Below are positions 48,944 through 62,047 of a stretch of 64,000 nt of DNA, one piece after another (position 1 is the stretch's first letter; each line of letters starts with the position of its first letter). The position numbers and the translations under genes are program-made. The DNA comes from Hydrolagus colliei (taxonomy: Eukaryota), in assembly GCA_035084275.1 (NCBI GenBank), contig CM068753.1:13826001-13890000 (forward strand), written 5' to 3'. The notes beneath the pieces are model-generated. The model worked only from the letters and a program-made list of their open reading frames with translations. It had not been told where the DNA came from and made no database searches.

Positions 48944-51900
48944 ATTTGCATCATTTCTCAAGCTTTTTGATAAAAGTAAAATTTTATGCAGGAGTGAAAC
49001 ATTGCTGGACGTCTCCAAAAATAGTTCAACAAATGTAACTCCTTTCTCTTTTTTAAATTATATTATCATATGATCCTACAGACATCTGATGACTGACCAT
49101 CTGGTAACACAGCCATTAAGACAACATATGGCCTGTTGTTCCATAAGGGTAATTGATTTCTAGTTTCACTTGTCAAATTGATGCCAACAGCATTTTAAAA
49201 AGTGACGGAGAAGGCCCCAGCCAGCTCATTTTACTACCATTGGTTCATTTGTAGATTTTATGCTAACTGAGAAGGCTGCACGAAAAATGTGGGTTTACTC
49301 GCGGAACCTGCACAGTATCAAGCCTGAAGCAAAATAAAGTAGTGCAATGGAGACCAGCAGAAAATTGAAGTCATTTGACAATTGGGTACCACTCTCGGCC
49401 TCTTATTTTGCTTCAGGCCTCGTTCCATGTGGCAGGTACAGAATAGAAGCCTCAGGAATCAGGAAATCAATAATGTAAATATGATGTGGCAATTAGAGCA
49501 GCTCCTTACCCTGCTGCCATTATTTTTGCTGCTGCAAGGCACAAACCAAACAGGGCATAATTATACTGCCCTCTCGAGGGAGGTGGGGTATCAAGGAAAT
49601 GTTAGGGTTTTGCTGGGCCACAAAATTTGGGGTATTTGTTATTTTCATGCCGCACCCAATTAACATTACTACATGCAGAGAATCTCCAATAATAATATCA
49701 ATTACCAACAACCTCCACTGATCACTTAAGGACATCAACATCTTCAGCTACATTGGGGAACGACACAAATATGCGGTTAATCGTACGTAACTCCTGGGAT
49801 CAGTGACAATTCTAACCTTTTCTTGAGGTCAGTGAATTGTCATATTACGATTTTCGCACACTACTAACCTCGGGTTGAACGAAGGCAGATTGACTCTGGA
49901 TTTGTTTACACTGAAGGGAATTCATCGTCCGTGTATCACTGACTGAATCAGTTTGTGTTTACTGCTAATTCTAAGTCCCATCAACACTCAGACATCTTCT
50001 CAATAAATGTATTTGATCCCAAGGGATCAAATACCATTTGGCGTAGGATATGCCTCTGCCTTAGCGGTCTGCTCTGATACTGATACAACCACTGGTTTTA
50101 AAGCAGTCCCTATCAACAATATTTATTGTCCAAAAGTATTGGATTTTAGCAAACATTGGGTCAATTTCTACATTGTTTTTATGTGAGTCTTTTCCCCAAA
50201 AGCTAATGAAGTAGGTGGAGCTAATTTGCCTCCCTGTTGTGATCATCAAATTTAAATTCTGCCTGATAATTGGTCATCTTTGAAATAAGATGCAAGATTG
50301 CGCCAGAATGTAAACTTTCCTGAGCAAATTAGCTCATTTAGGTATCTAATCCACAACTTTTCTCTCAAGTATTTTATTGCACTAGGATAATATTCCAACA
50401 TTCTGTGCAGAAGATGAAAATAAATCACAAATTATTGCTGAATATAGATTGATGTATAAAGAACAGAGTTTGAGTGGAGGTCTTGTTCTTTGTGCAAACT
50501 TTAATTAACAAGCAAAATTCCCATTCCATATCTCAGGGTACAGAGAAGATTGTCATTGCATGACATGGATGTACATAGGCAGTATTGGGTTTCCAACATA
50601 GTAACCACAAAAGCATTAATAAAATCCATAAGGTGTGCTCGGGTGCCTCTGATGGATGGTATATGTATTCCTCTTGGTACTTGCCCTCCCAAGTTTTCTT
50701 AATTCTAGATAAGAATGCATTGTTTCTGGCTGCATTGAGTTAATTGGCCCAGCCTGGTCAAATTAGGAAAGAATGTAATTTTTGATTATTTGGTCTGTGT
50801 ATATCTACTGGAATAAATCTAGGAGCCAGCTGTAGTCTCACGTTATGTTTTCACAACACCTTGGTGGAATTTTGTTGTGTCTATATTAAGCTAGACTTCA
50901 GAATCTTCTCATTATAAATGAGTGGATACCCCACCACCAGGACCCACAAAGCTATATTAGAGCACTCATTCTCCAAGAGGTTTTACAATACAGTACAAGT
51001 TCCAAAGCTTGTTGGCTTCCTCCTTAAAAGCCTAGCTCACCAGGGAAAATTATTTTCAGTAATGAATAGCAGTTGTACATTCATCACAGGTATATAGAGA
51101 GTGGTGCTACTAAATGCCACCAAACAAGTATGGGACAAAATGATCCATACTTGCACAAAATTAGGGACAACAATTTGGGAATAGCCTGGACAAATCCCAT
51201 CTAAATGTTCCCTGCAACCAAGATTGTACCAAACATTTAAAAATTGTGTGATTTTGTTCTGTGTTTCATTTCTTCACGTTTCAGACATTTTCCTGCATGT
51301 TCACATTTTGATTATTGGTAATGATTTTTTTTACAACCTTTATTAATTGCTGTTGTAGCAGAGAATCTTGCTATCAGTTAGGCAAAAAAAAAGATTTTGT
51401 CAGAATTTAAGTAACCCAGAAACTGCTTCAAAAATAATTTCCACAGAGTGCACTTTAGTTGTAATTTTAGCTTGAAAAGAAAGACTAAAACTGTCAAGCA
51501 TTCATTTAAATACACTGTTCTGAATCTACAGAGTATTAGTGCAGTACCCTGATTTCAAAGCTCTTCATCATCCCCGTTTTAGTTTATTCTCTAGTCCTAC
51601 AGTAATTATGTCAATGTGCATCTGTTTGACAGTACAGTCACGTTAACCCCTGAGGCACTTACTGATACTTGCCCTTCCAAGTTAATTTAGTTGCTAGCTG
51701 CTCCATAAGCAGTGTTGTTTACTGTATATGACAACTATATTTTCTTCTTTGCTTGATAGAAGATAATGCAGGCAAATGTGAGTACAGTAGCATTGTAGTT
51801 TATTTACAGTTTCCTGTGTGCTGTAGAAAAGGCACATTTGTTTTTAAACAAAATAATATAAGCTTTATCTTGCTTGCTTCTGAGTGTTTTTCATGACAAT

Positions 51901-52367
51901 TGGTACCCAACATGCCATTGCTTCTAATGAATGGGCATGAGCGAGTATGTTCCCTGCAGAATTTTAATCCAGGTCACACATTTGCTTTCTGCTGCATTGT
52001 TTGAATCTGAGATCTTTCAGGTGATAGATAATAGTATTGCTTGGTCTAGTTATTTATGGTGCTTACATTTTTATCTTAACATATGTTCGTTGAAACATCA
52101 AACTGTTATATTAGAGAAGTAACTCTGACAATTTTTAACTTTGGTTGCTTGGGGCAGATATCTTTCTATGGTCCCTTGGTAGAATGGATTATCACTTAAT
52201 TAAATAACAGATTGCATAAGATTATCCGTAACCTCCAGCAAGATATCCATTCTCAAATTCAAAGAGAATATCAAGCTTAAAAAAACCTGCTTATGATAAA
52301 GTTGTGTGACTTGCTAATCAGATCCCATTCACAGATTTTACTGATGTCAGTAAATATACTGTACCAA

Positions 52368-52735
52368 AGTCCGTATCCCCATCTCACCAGTTCTGGCCAG
52401 GCTCCACTGAACGGATCGACTTCAAGATCCTCACACTCGTGTTCTAATCCCTTCACTCTCTGGCATCTCTCTACCTCTCCAACCTCCTCACTCACCAATC
52501 CATCACCCATTTCCTCTACTCAACTGGCATTGGCCTCCTGCTTAGACCTCACACCCCACCTGCGGAGTTCCCACTTTCAGCTACTATGCCATCAAACTCT
52601 GGAACACTCTCCCTCAATCCCTTGGCTTTGCCCCCCTCTCCCCTTTTTCATGTCCCACGGCCACTTGTCCCCCACAACCCCCCTGACCCTAACCCTACCC
52701 TGCGTGGAGGTGCATATAAGTGCAAGTTATTGGTG
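52368..52735 (+). mobile_element. L2 3' fragment, decayed
   Basis: CCCCATCTCACCAGTTCTGGCC...ATCGACTTCAAGATCCTCAC...CTCTGGAACACTCTCCC...ATAAGTGCAAGTT. Confidence 0.7.
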
Positions 52736-53011
52736 TAGGCAATTGATTTAGAATATACAATATTTGTAGAACTGTATACTTATAGGTGACCAAGACCAGT
52801 GAGAAAACCTCATTTACAATAAATTGCCCTTATCTACCAGCTTTAACGTTGGATAAAATGTTTCAAACCACTTAACACATGTTGTATAGGGATCACCAAG
52901 TAGTGGGAAAGAAGGTTCCTTAAATAAGAATGGTGATCCAAATTATGGTCACAGAGAGATGTTTTTACAAGGGTTTATGAAGGCGGGATGAGTGTAAACA
53001 AGAAAAATAAA

Positions 53012-53836
53012 GTCGATATGGAAATTTTCCGATTTAGATATATCGATGGGCTCATATCAAGATATACCAAAATATCGATATTTTCGGGTTTTTCGAACTG
53101 TGCATGCGTGCGCGCAGATTCAGAGTGCGCGCGCGTTCTGGGTACGTGTGCATTCCGGGTGTGCGCGCATTCGGGGCCTATCTCCTCAGGAGGTAAATAT
53201 CTTTCTCTCTCTGTGTCTCGCACTCTCTCCATCTCTGTGTTTTTCTGTCTGTGTCTCTGTGTCTCTCTCACATCCCCCCCATCTCTATCTATCTGTATAT
53301 TATCACATCCACCCCGTCTCTCCCCACCCCCCACCAGCCGTCTCTCTCCCCCCCAGCCGTCTCTCTCCCTCCCCATCCCCCCCAGCCATCTCTTTCCCCC
53401 TCCCTCCCCGCCGTCTCTCTCCCCCCCACCCCCCACCAGCCGTCTCTGTCCCCCCCCCCCAACCCCCCCCCCAGCCATCTCTCTTCCCCCCCACCCACCC
53501 CCCCAGCCGTCTCCCTCCCCCTCCCCCTCCCCCAGCTGTCTCTCTACCCCTCCCCCCCCCCCACCCCCGGGCCCAGCCTTCTCTTCCCACACCCCACCCC
53601 TTGCATACCTGTATATTGTATTCGAGGACTATGAATACAATATGGCGGCTTTGCACCTCGGTCTGTGCATTGTGTATAGAGATAAGCATTCTGGGTCTTG
53701 TAGTTCAGTGTGCGCGCATTCTGATTTTTTACCTCAATATATGGATTTTTCGATATATCGATATTTTTGAAATGCCTATATCGGCGTATCAATATGAAAG
53801 TTATATCGGGTTTTAGCGATATATCGCCGGACCCTA
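53012..53836. mobile_element. hAT-type minisatellite-containing element (copy 2, left TIR truncated)
   Basis: Colinear with 21916-23096. Right TIR is ATATCGCCGGACCCTA; the left end begins at GTCGATATGG; no TSD is recognisable. Confidence 0.9.
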
Positions 53837-54002
53837 CTGGAAAGCAAAAGTGAATGACTGATTCCTTGACCACCAATACAGTGAGACAAAAGGAGTGAGG
53901 AATGAATGTAAGACTAGATTCAAAAGAACCAAGGGAGTAGGCAATAGAATAGGGCTGGGAAGATTGTATCGGTAGGCACAACCACAAGACTATAATGGAA
54001 TT

Positions 54003-54230
54003 AACAATAACAAACTACATTTGTATAGTGGCTTTCACGTCAGGGGAACGTCCCATGGTGCTGAACAGTCAGGGATTTGGAACCGACAGGGAATTGGGAA
54101 CAGGAGGGGTAGAGGGTAGGAAGTGTAGGGCTAGGGAAGGTCCAACTGCCAATGGTGGGGCAGGCCAGGTGGGAGACGTGGAGTATTCTGGAGTTTGCAG
54201 AACAGAGAAAGCACACAGGTCGATTTGGAG
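54003..54230 (-). mobile_element. L2 3' end fragment
   Basis: AACAATAACAAACTACATTTGTATAGTGGCTTTCACGTCAGGGGAACGTCCC plus a minus-strand CPTIGS peptide. Confidence 0.7.
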
Positions 54231-57200
54231 ACATTCCACAGTAAAACACTGCTTCTAAAACTTATTGCTGTATATATGTTACCAGTTATGCAACTGGATT
54301 GAAACAGGCTGTTTTTTTCTCTTCTCCCATTCTGACCTCGATGTCCAGGACATATATGGCAGGTGTTCTGATTGTTACTCTGGAATAAGTAAACACAACA
54401 TAGACTTAGGATCAAACTTCTGACATTGTTTTTCTGCACAAACATTTCTGTCACCTTTGGGGCTTGTCCTTGCTTTTGGTACTGCCATGGTTTAAAAGAT
54501 CAGGGAAAGTGGAGGCAGGGAGTCATAATACATAATCACATTATTCATTATGGCAAATGGGAGGTGAATACTGTACTACAATGAGAGAGATGTTAGATTA
54601 GGTTGGAGTCCCTCTGAGTGAAAGGCAAAGAAGGACAATTTTCTAAGAAGTAAATTAAGATGTGGTGGGAGGTAATAGCACAAAGCGGTGCTTAACATGG
54701 AAACCTCAAGAGCCTCAAAGTTATGAGTATAGATTTTTAGTGGGAGGAATTCAAATATATATTACTACAGCAACTTTGAGAAGGGAGGAAGAGATACTCC
54801 AATAGTGTTTTCTGTAGGAATGCCAAGTACACTTACAAAGTGCACAGGGAGAATAATATTGTTCTTGTGATTTCTCTCTATGCACAATAAGAAGGGATTG
54901 TCAATCCTGCTATTCTAGTCATTTTGCCATCTGTTGCCTTCAGCTGAATTAAGTGTTGATTCTTCTGTAGTATGTGCTATTCACTGCAATGTAGAATACA
55001 GATCATTCTAAGTCATTTTTTCATTCATTCTTAACATATAACAAAATACCTATCACACAAATTTGGGAAAACCACAAAAAGGGTTTTCCCTCTTAAAAGT
55101 GTTCAAATATGGCAACCTTGTGAGATTTACAAACCTCCCCTGATCTTGATTTTTTTTTCTCTCCTGCTATTGAAAGCAGCGACAGTCCACTCACTGTAAT
55201 GCAATCTGTAGACTCTAATTTGGTTTATTTAAATTTGCAATGCTTCGAGTTCAGCATATCCTGTAATCATTTTGAAAATCTTTTTAATTACGTTTCACTT
55301 GTTTGCACCATTTCAGCACTGCTTCTGTTGGAACAGTTTCTAATGAACAATATGTTCTTGAATCCAAACCCTGAATGCTCTTTTGTGCCAAAAAAGGGAT
55401 GATGAACAACATACCATTGTTTATGGAGTTTGATCTTTCACAAAAAGTGAGGAAGCTCACCCAAGAACAATAATGCAACAGTGCCCGGAATATAATTTGT
55501 GTAAGTGCTGCAAGGATTCTCACCCCCTAACCTGCATTATGACAAAGTCCTCGGTGTACTAGGTGATGGTGGCCTCTATATCAAGTCCTTCCTCTTCATC
55601 GTGCAAGTTTCCTCTCTGGGTGAAACTCCACTAATGAGAATATACACACGACGACAGGTAATCCCGATACTTTATTGCGCCACAAAGAGCTGCATTCATC
55701 AGCGTCCTTCGCACTACCAGGCAGCTGACATCAGCAATAACCTGTTTGTGTCTCTCCCTCCCTCCTTGATTTTTACAGAGACTTGAGGAGCACTATATAG
55801 AAAACTCAACTGCATTTTATTGGTCCTTAACCCTATGTCTAACTTTTACTACCTAGATCATGATACTTGTGCCAACATTAAGAAACAGAAACACCATGAC
55901 ACTAAACTATGACACTAGCAGCTTTACCCAAAGTTAACAACAACAATAAAATTATATTTATAGAGCGACTTTCACGTTGGGAGGACGTATTTAACTAAAA
56001 AAAACCTGGAGATAAGACTGTCAGGTCAGGCGCATACCTCCTTGATGACACTAAAGGTGAAAAACAACATGGAGTTCAGTGACTAACCCTATCCCGCCCC
56101 CCCCTTTTATATTGTTGGTAATTCCTCCCTATTCTATTGTATCGCATCAATCCTTTTTCCTCCATTTTCAATCTCCTCCTCTTTCAGTGTTATCAGTAGG
56201 TTCCCCCTCCAGGACCAACGTGATCCTTTCCCGCCTTTTCGTTTCAGTAACTCACCCAGGTCATAGACTTTGTGCCAACGCTGTCCTTGCCCCTCTAACC
56301 TATATTTTGGACCCTAGACCACAAATGTGTTTGAAGAGAAAGTGTCCCACTTTGCACAAAATCTCAACACAAACATAATATCTACCAAGAGAGGTAGAGC
56401 TTTAATCTAAACCAGGTGACCGTGACAGTGCAATATGCCATTTAAAAAACTTTTTTCTTTGTAATACTATGTTAATGTTGTACATCCTAGTGGTCACTGG
56501 TGAGTAGTACTGTATTGTAAATGTATTTGTCAATTTTACCATGTTTCACTGCTGTAGCCCCTGCAGTAATAAACAAATGATTGGGCAGAAAACAGCTGTT
56601 CATTTAGCTGTAGGCACTGCTCAGTTTTAGTAATCACAGATCCCAGGGTAGGCTTCAACTGTATTGGCTCATATGACAGATGTCCATTATATTGTACATT
56701 CCATTCTGCTTAAAACATCACATTTCTCACAGATGATTTTAAAGGGAATAATGCAAAAGTGTTCTTGTCATCTAGCAGAGCCTTAGAGTTGTCCAGTAGT
56801 TTCACTGAAGTAGTAGTTCTTGAGACCAGTTCACAGCCTAAATAAATCACAGAAATAAGTGCAAGGACTGGTTAAGATGATGTTTCAGTTTGGGGATTAT
56901 TTTTTCTAACCTGAGTAGCACAGGGGGGTTGTTAAAAGGATGAAGTGTATACAACAACAATAACAAAATTACATTTATAGAGCGCCTTTCAACGTCCGGA
57001 GGACGTACAAAGAAGATTGGTGAGAATCAGTAGACCACAAGGGATGAAATGCACGTTTTTTTTTTTAAAAAAGGAAACGGTTTAGTGGAACTACTTATAT
57101 GCTGATATGCATGTGAGGGTGTATATATATATACACACTACAACATTGTTGAGAAATGAAATGGGCATTCTATCCTCCTAGGCAAATAGCCCACTGTTTA

Positions 57201-57679
57201 GTTAAAACAGAAAACAGAATGTAGATATTAATCATCTAAATTCAATGGAAACAAATGGGTCCTAAAAAATCTTTCTCAAAAGCAGCTAAATTTGAAGTAT
57301 TTTCAGGTTGGCTTGCCACTCTTCACTGTTAGGAATTAACACTGGTTTTAAATATTAATAGCGTGCTGAGATAAGCAACATTTAACATTCTTGTGTATTG
57401 TGTCCAAGATGGCAATGCACTTGCAATTACTTTACCATGTAGCATGTTTGAAGCTCCTTAATTTCTATTACCTATTATGATCCTCCTCTTCCTAATATAC
57501 ACCTACACATCTACTATTATATGCACAAAGCATATTTGTAGTTGGCACTAAGTTTGGAGGGGTTAGGACTGTGGAATCAGAGAAATCAGCCAAGATCTTG
57601 TTGGTATATGGAGGTACTGTATTAATAATTAATTATAGTTAGTTCCAATCAGGCACCAATTAAAACAATCTATCCACAA

Positions 57680-58280
57680 TACAGGCATGGTCAGCAACCT
57701 TGAGCAAAAGGGAGAGAAATAATTTGTCTACACAAAACACCAGGTGCACATTCCCCTTCGCTGAGACAACCTTGGGTACTGGTCCGTGCCAATAATCCAA
57801 GAAGCGCAATAACATCAGTAGTTTCTAGGATAAATAAAGAATTGAAGGAGAGCGGCTCGAGATATAGATAGGGCAGAGGACTCAATTAACAAAGGCGCAA
57901 AGGATTGTACTAATTTGGGAAATTGCCAAGCGAGTAGCAGGAGAGCCATCTCAAGATCTGGGAGAAGAAGGGAGGCAAACAACTCCTTACAACTCTGGCC
58001 TTTAGATAGTCTGGTTTTGACATTGCTTCTGGACAATGGCCAAGTGATCAACTGGCTGAGTTAGTTATGGTGGAGAAATGTAAAGATAGGAGAGAAAGAG
58101 TGGCTCATTACAACAGTTGGGGAGTGTTTCAGGGTAAACCGAGATCTCCAGCCTGCCGCTGTTGTCCATAACTACTGGAACGGGTCATGGTTCCAGTTGT
58201 TTTGTTTTACAGGTGGAGAAGGGTCAGTTAGAGAAGCAAAGTTAGAAGGAGTGAGTATTGTGAGAAGCCTGAACCTGACT
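57680..58280 (-). mobile_element. Very old L2-like RT remnant
   Basis: Heavily decayed minus-strand similarity to the L.N..PIS..PF and L...D.S..F...DH RT motifs. Weak. Confidence 0.35.
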
Positions 58281-58689
58281 TATGGTGTAACAGCCTGAAT
58301 CCAGTATTGTATTCTACAGAGAACTGGTAGTGTGATTCTTTTATTCTATCATTCTAAAATTGCTCATAATCATTAAATCACTATACCTTTATTAAGGATT
58401 GTTGGGTCATTATTTTGAACTCTCGGGATCGTAAATCCCAACAATCTGAAGAGTTTATCAGTATATATCTGGGTTGATCTGGCAAATGGAGTTCAATACA
58501 GATAAATGTACTGTAATATGACAACTATATAGCAAAAATAGGAAGCACAAAGATGGTGGATTAGAATAGAGTGGATGAGAATACTCAATGAAAGGGATAG
58601 AATTTGCCAAGGAGAAGGTATCTTATTATTGCCACCTCTGCTCCCTTAAAGCACGGGTGAGTGCCGCTGAATGCACCAAGCTTAAATTG

Positions 58690-59497
58690 AACTGAACGGT
58701 CCATCGGCAGATCTGGCTAGATCTTATCAAATCCTATCGTTCTATCCCCACCTACGCTAAATCGCCGTTCTAGTCCAAGATAACCTTGGATGCCAAGGAA
58801 CAACCCCAGACTTCTCTTCTCCTTCACCAATCGGCTTGTTACAGAGTGTCTGTCAGATATCAACTTCTTGACGAGAGATAACTTTCTTCAGTTGAACGTC
58901 AACAAGCCCTAAAACCCTCCTGATTAGCTCCCATCAGCACTGGACATGTGGTGGCACTGACGGGAGCCAATCTGGAGAGTCTCGGTCTTGTTGACGTTCG
59001 ACTGAAGAATTGATTGTTGGCCTCCCCAACTCCTCCCTCCACAGGTACACATCATCCAGAACTCAGCAGCCTGTGTCTTCTCCTGTACTATTCTCCATGA
59101 CCATATCACCTGACTCTACTGACTTCCCATCACATGGTGGATGTTCAAGATCCTGGCCCTCACATTCAAATTCCTCCATGACCTTGCTCTCCCCTACCTC
59201 TGCGACCTCCTAACCCCCAACCATGTCCCCTGCCTCGCCGGTCTCATCATCTGGCCTTCCTGTCGCCACCTTCTGGAATTCCCACAGTCCCTACACCTCA
59301 CCCCCATTCCTTGCCTCCTTCAAGATCCACCTCAAGGCCAATCTCTTTGACTATGCTTTTGATCAACCTCGTTCCCGCCCGCCCTCCACCCTTCCCGATC
59401 TCCACCCCCAGCTCTGGTTAGGAATACTGTTTGTTCCATTATCTTGGGCTGTTCTCCCAACCTCTAACGCTCTATACAAATGTAATTTGTGTTGTTA
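58690..59497 (+). mobile_element. Rearranged L2 copy (internal deletions and one inverted segment)
   Basis: HRQIWLD..KSYR and PRLLFS segment, ECLSDIN...DNFLQLNVNK, an inverted NVNKTETLQIGS segment, then FKILALTFKFLHDLA.PYL and ASFKIHLKANLFDYAF plus tail. Confidence 0.8.
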
Positions 59498-59501
59498 TAG
59501 G

Positions 59502-59570
59502 ATAATAATCCTTGCATTTTAATATAGAGCTTTTCACGTCTTCTCGATGTCTCAAAGCGCTTCACAGAAT
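59502..59570 (-). mobile_element. tRNA/Deu SINE 3' tip
   Basis: ATAATAATCCTTGCATTTTAATATAGAGCTTTTCACGTCTTCTCGATGTCTCAAAGCGCTTCACAGAAT. Confidence 0.8.
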
Positions 59571-60313
59571 AAAAACTGAAATCGCTGGAAACTCTCAGCA
59601 GGTCAGGCAGCATCTATGGAGAAAGGAAAGTTTTGTCGCTGGTTGCTTGCGACATCGCAACTGGGTCCTTGTGCTATACGCTAGCTCGAAGCGACATCGA
59701 GGCTAGTTGAACCTAGCTCTTAACGCTAGTGTTAGTGTTAAAATCCGTGGATAAGCAAGGGTTATAAGCCGTGGTTGGCAAGGGTTGTCGCATTTTGCAA
59801 ACCGTGGATACCTGAGTTTTGTGGTTGAGGAGGCCGCAGTTGGGGAGGGATACCTGTACTTCACAGATATGTTGAGTGCTGCTACTTAGTTGATCCAAGA
59901 ATAGGCAAACTTGAGAATGGCTAATTGAGCTGTAGAAGTGAGATCATTGAATGCAAAAGTGTATTATCCCATCAAGTCTTGCCTATCCACTGAAAATGCA
60001 CAACCTATTTGATTGTAGATTCTACGTCTTCAAATCACTCTCCCCTAGAAATCCTGCATAAATGGAGCAGGAGGGGATGGGGGATTGGTATGATGAGATT
60101 AGATGAGCTGAAGAGCCTTCGTCACCCCATCCAATCCTGTGATGTACTCTTCCATCTTGGACACAATGCACGGACCTTTCTAATACCACCTTTAGGATGA
60201 GTTGTTTTTGCATTTTTTATCCCTATTATTTCCAGTTTCATTCCTAACCAGATCCAATTCTTCTTTGAAGAAGATTGCGTTGATATTTAATAACAGATAT
60301 ATAAAAGTATACT

Positions 60314-60500
60314 TCCTCACTCCCTCCACCTCGCCCCCTCTCTTCCTACTTTCAGGTCTTGGCTGAAGACATTTCTTTTCGACCACGCTTTCAGTAACCT
60401 TTTTCTCCCTCCCTCAGGCTCGGCCCAAGGATCTGTTATTGGGAAGTGCTCTGAGACGCCATCCGGCATGGAGGGTGCTATGTGAATCCAAATTGTTGTA
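60314..60500 (+). mobile_element. L2 3' end fragment
   Basis: LKTFLFDHAF-like end and GCTCTGAGACG...GGCATGGAGGGTGCTAT tail, the same tail type as the insertion at 1764-1837. Confidence 0.7.
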
Positions 60501-60650
60501 TGAAATAACCATAAACTGAAAGATTGTGGAAAATATTTTATATTAAATGGCTTGGAATAGGATCTGTGCAGAAGTCAGAGTAAGATGTATTTTTCAGAGG
60601 TTGAATGACGAGGACTTGCTTTTTCTCATTGAAAGGTAGATTTTAAAATA

Positions 60651-60855
60651 CAATAAAAACACGTTTATCCGGCACCCGATCAACCGTAACTTCCGTATAA
60701 CCGGCACTAAAAAAAGTCCGCATTTGATTAACCGGAATTTATCTGGCAAAATGCATTTAAAAAAAATGTTTTTGCGTTTTTGGCCGAATATCCGGCACGC
60801 GCTTTAACTGGCATTGGCCAGGTCCCGAGGGTGCCGGATAAACGGGCTTTTACTG
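60651..60855. mobile_element. Tigger/pogo-type MITE, second copy (opposite orientation to 9356-9559)
   Basis: TA|CAATAAAAACACGTTTATCCGGCACCC ... GGGTGCCGGATAAACGGGCTTTTACTG|TA. Confidence 0.88.
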
Positions 60856-61642
60856 TATTAAAATTGCTGAGCAGCCAGTAGAAGAGAAATGGAGAAAATG
60901 AAATGTCTATTAATTAAATAATTTACACAGAGTTTTGATTGGAAACAAGTAGTAGTTTTCGTATACAGTAAATTATACGGCTGCTGACATTCATTTTATG
61001 GGTTATTAATTTTTTTAAATTGTTGTTAACATTGTTGAATTATTTTGTGGTGAAAAGATTTAGAATCCGGTTGCCATGGATGATGTAGACCAATAGAGAT
61101 TAAAGATTGATTCATTTGGTTTCTGAACCTGTGCCGGCACTTTAGCTTGTTTTTGCACACAGTACAATTTTTATTTTCACAGTCTTAAATGTCAATGGCT
61201 GTATTGATGCAGTGACTGGAGACAGCTGACACATTTTGTGCTCCACAAACTGTGAGCCAGATTGCTTGTTCAGTCTTAACCAAGGAATACTCAAACATGC
61301 AAGAAAACAACAGGCAGTTTGTGGACAGTAGTTTAAACATAAAGCGTTCACCTTTATAAAGAATGGTTTGAGATCTTAGTGGATGATATCCTAAATTAAT
61401 TTAAAACGTATTTGAAAATTACAAATAACCTACATCTTTCAAATGTCCAAAGAATAATTGAGTAGATCTGTGTTCACTCAGCGTAAAACTGTTTAGTCCG
61501 TTCAGCTTGATTTTGTTGAAAAGGAGATTCTGAAGATTGCTTGCTAACTGATTAAATAGTGCATTTTTAACAAGAAAGTCCCAGAATGGATGAATAATTT
61601 GGTGGACAATAATTAATATGTTACTGTGTTTTTCTCCCACAG

Positions 61643-61742
61643 AAGCAAAGGAAATTGTTGTTAAAGCTCAGATCCTGGCTGGTGGGCGAGGAAAAGGCAG
61701 CTTCACAAGTGGATTGAAAGGAGGAGTGCATTTAACTAAAAA
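61643..61742 (+). CDS. SUCLG2: SUCLG2 coding exon (probably exon 3), ATP-grasp region with [12 protein letters not shown] motif
   Basis: Polypyrimidine tract plus cacAG (61641-42), then aa gca aag gaa att gtt gtt aaa gct cag atc ctg gct ggt ggg cga gga aaa ggc... = (K)[32 protein letters not shown]. Donor GTatgt at 61743. The phase fits the upstream exon (A|AA = Lys). Not in the ORF track. Confidence 0.96.
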
Positions 61743-62047
61743 GTATGTTCAAAGTTTTCTTGAGAAAATCTTTGACCACCGTGCTTGATTCTGTGGTGCA
61801 ATGGTTCATTCAGAGTTTGGAGTAGTTGAGGCCACAGATGCTATCACAATTCAGAACCACATCTCACAGCCATGTAGTCAAATATATTTATGAACTTGTT
61901 TAATATTTTATAAACTATTTGTTGTTCCAAAAAGCTTAAGTACAGTACAGTGGTTATGTTGCTCCCGTGTGAAAATTGTCTCTGCCAATGTTACACTTAC
62001 GACTTTTCTGGAAGTACAGCACTGCATTAGTAAACTTCTGTGTGCAA

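Larger units (their letters stand above)
32730..61642 (+). other. SUCLG2: SUCLG2 intron (28,913 nt, GT-AG, phase 1)
   Basis: The flanking exons join in frame to give ...[25 protein letters not shown]..., contiguous with the known protein. Confidence 0.9.

Noticed and set aside
59570-59630. Short match to a recalled Penelope-like terminal sequence, raising the possibility of a hammerhead ribozyme
   Set aside because: Only about 60 nt, and I found no CTGANGA...GAAA core with supporting stems here or at the other CTGATGA sites checked (32866, 37947).
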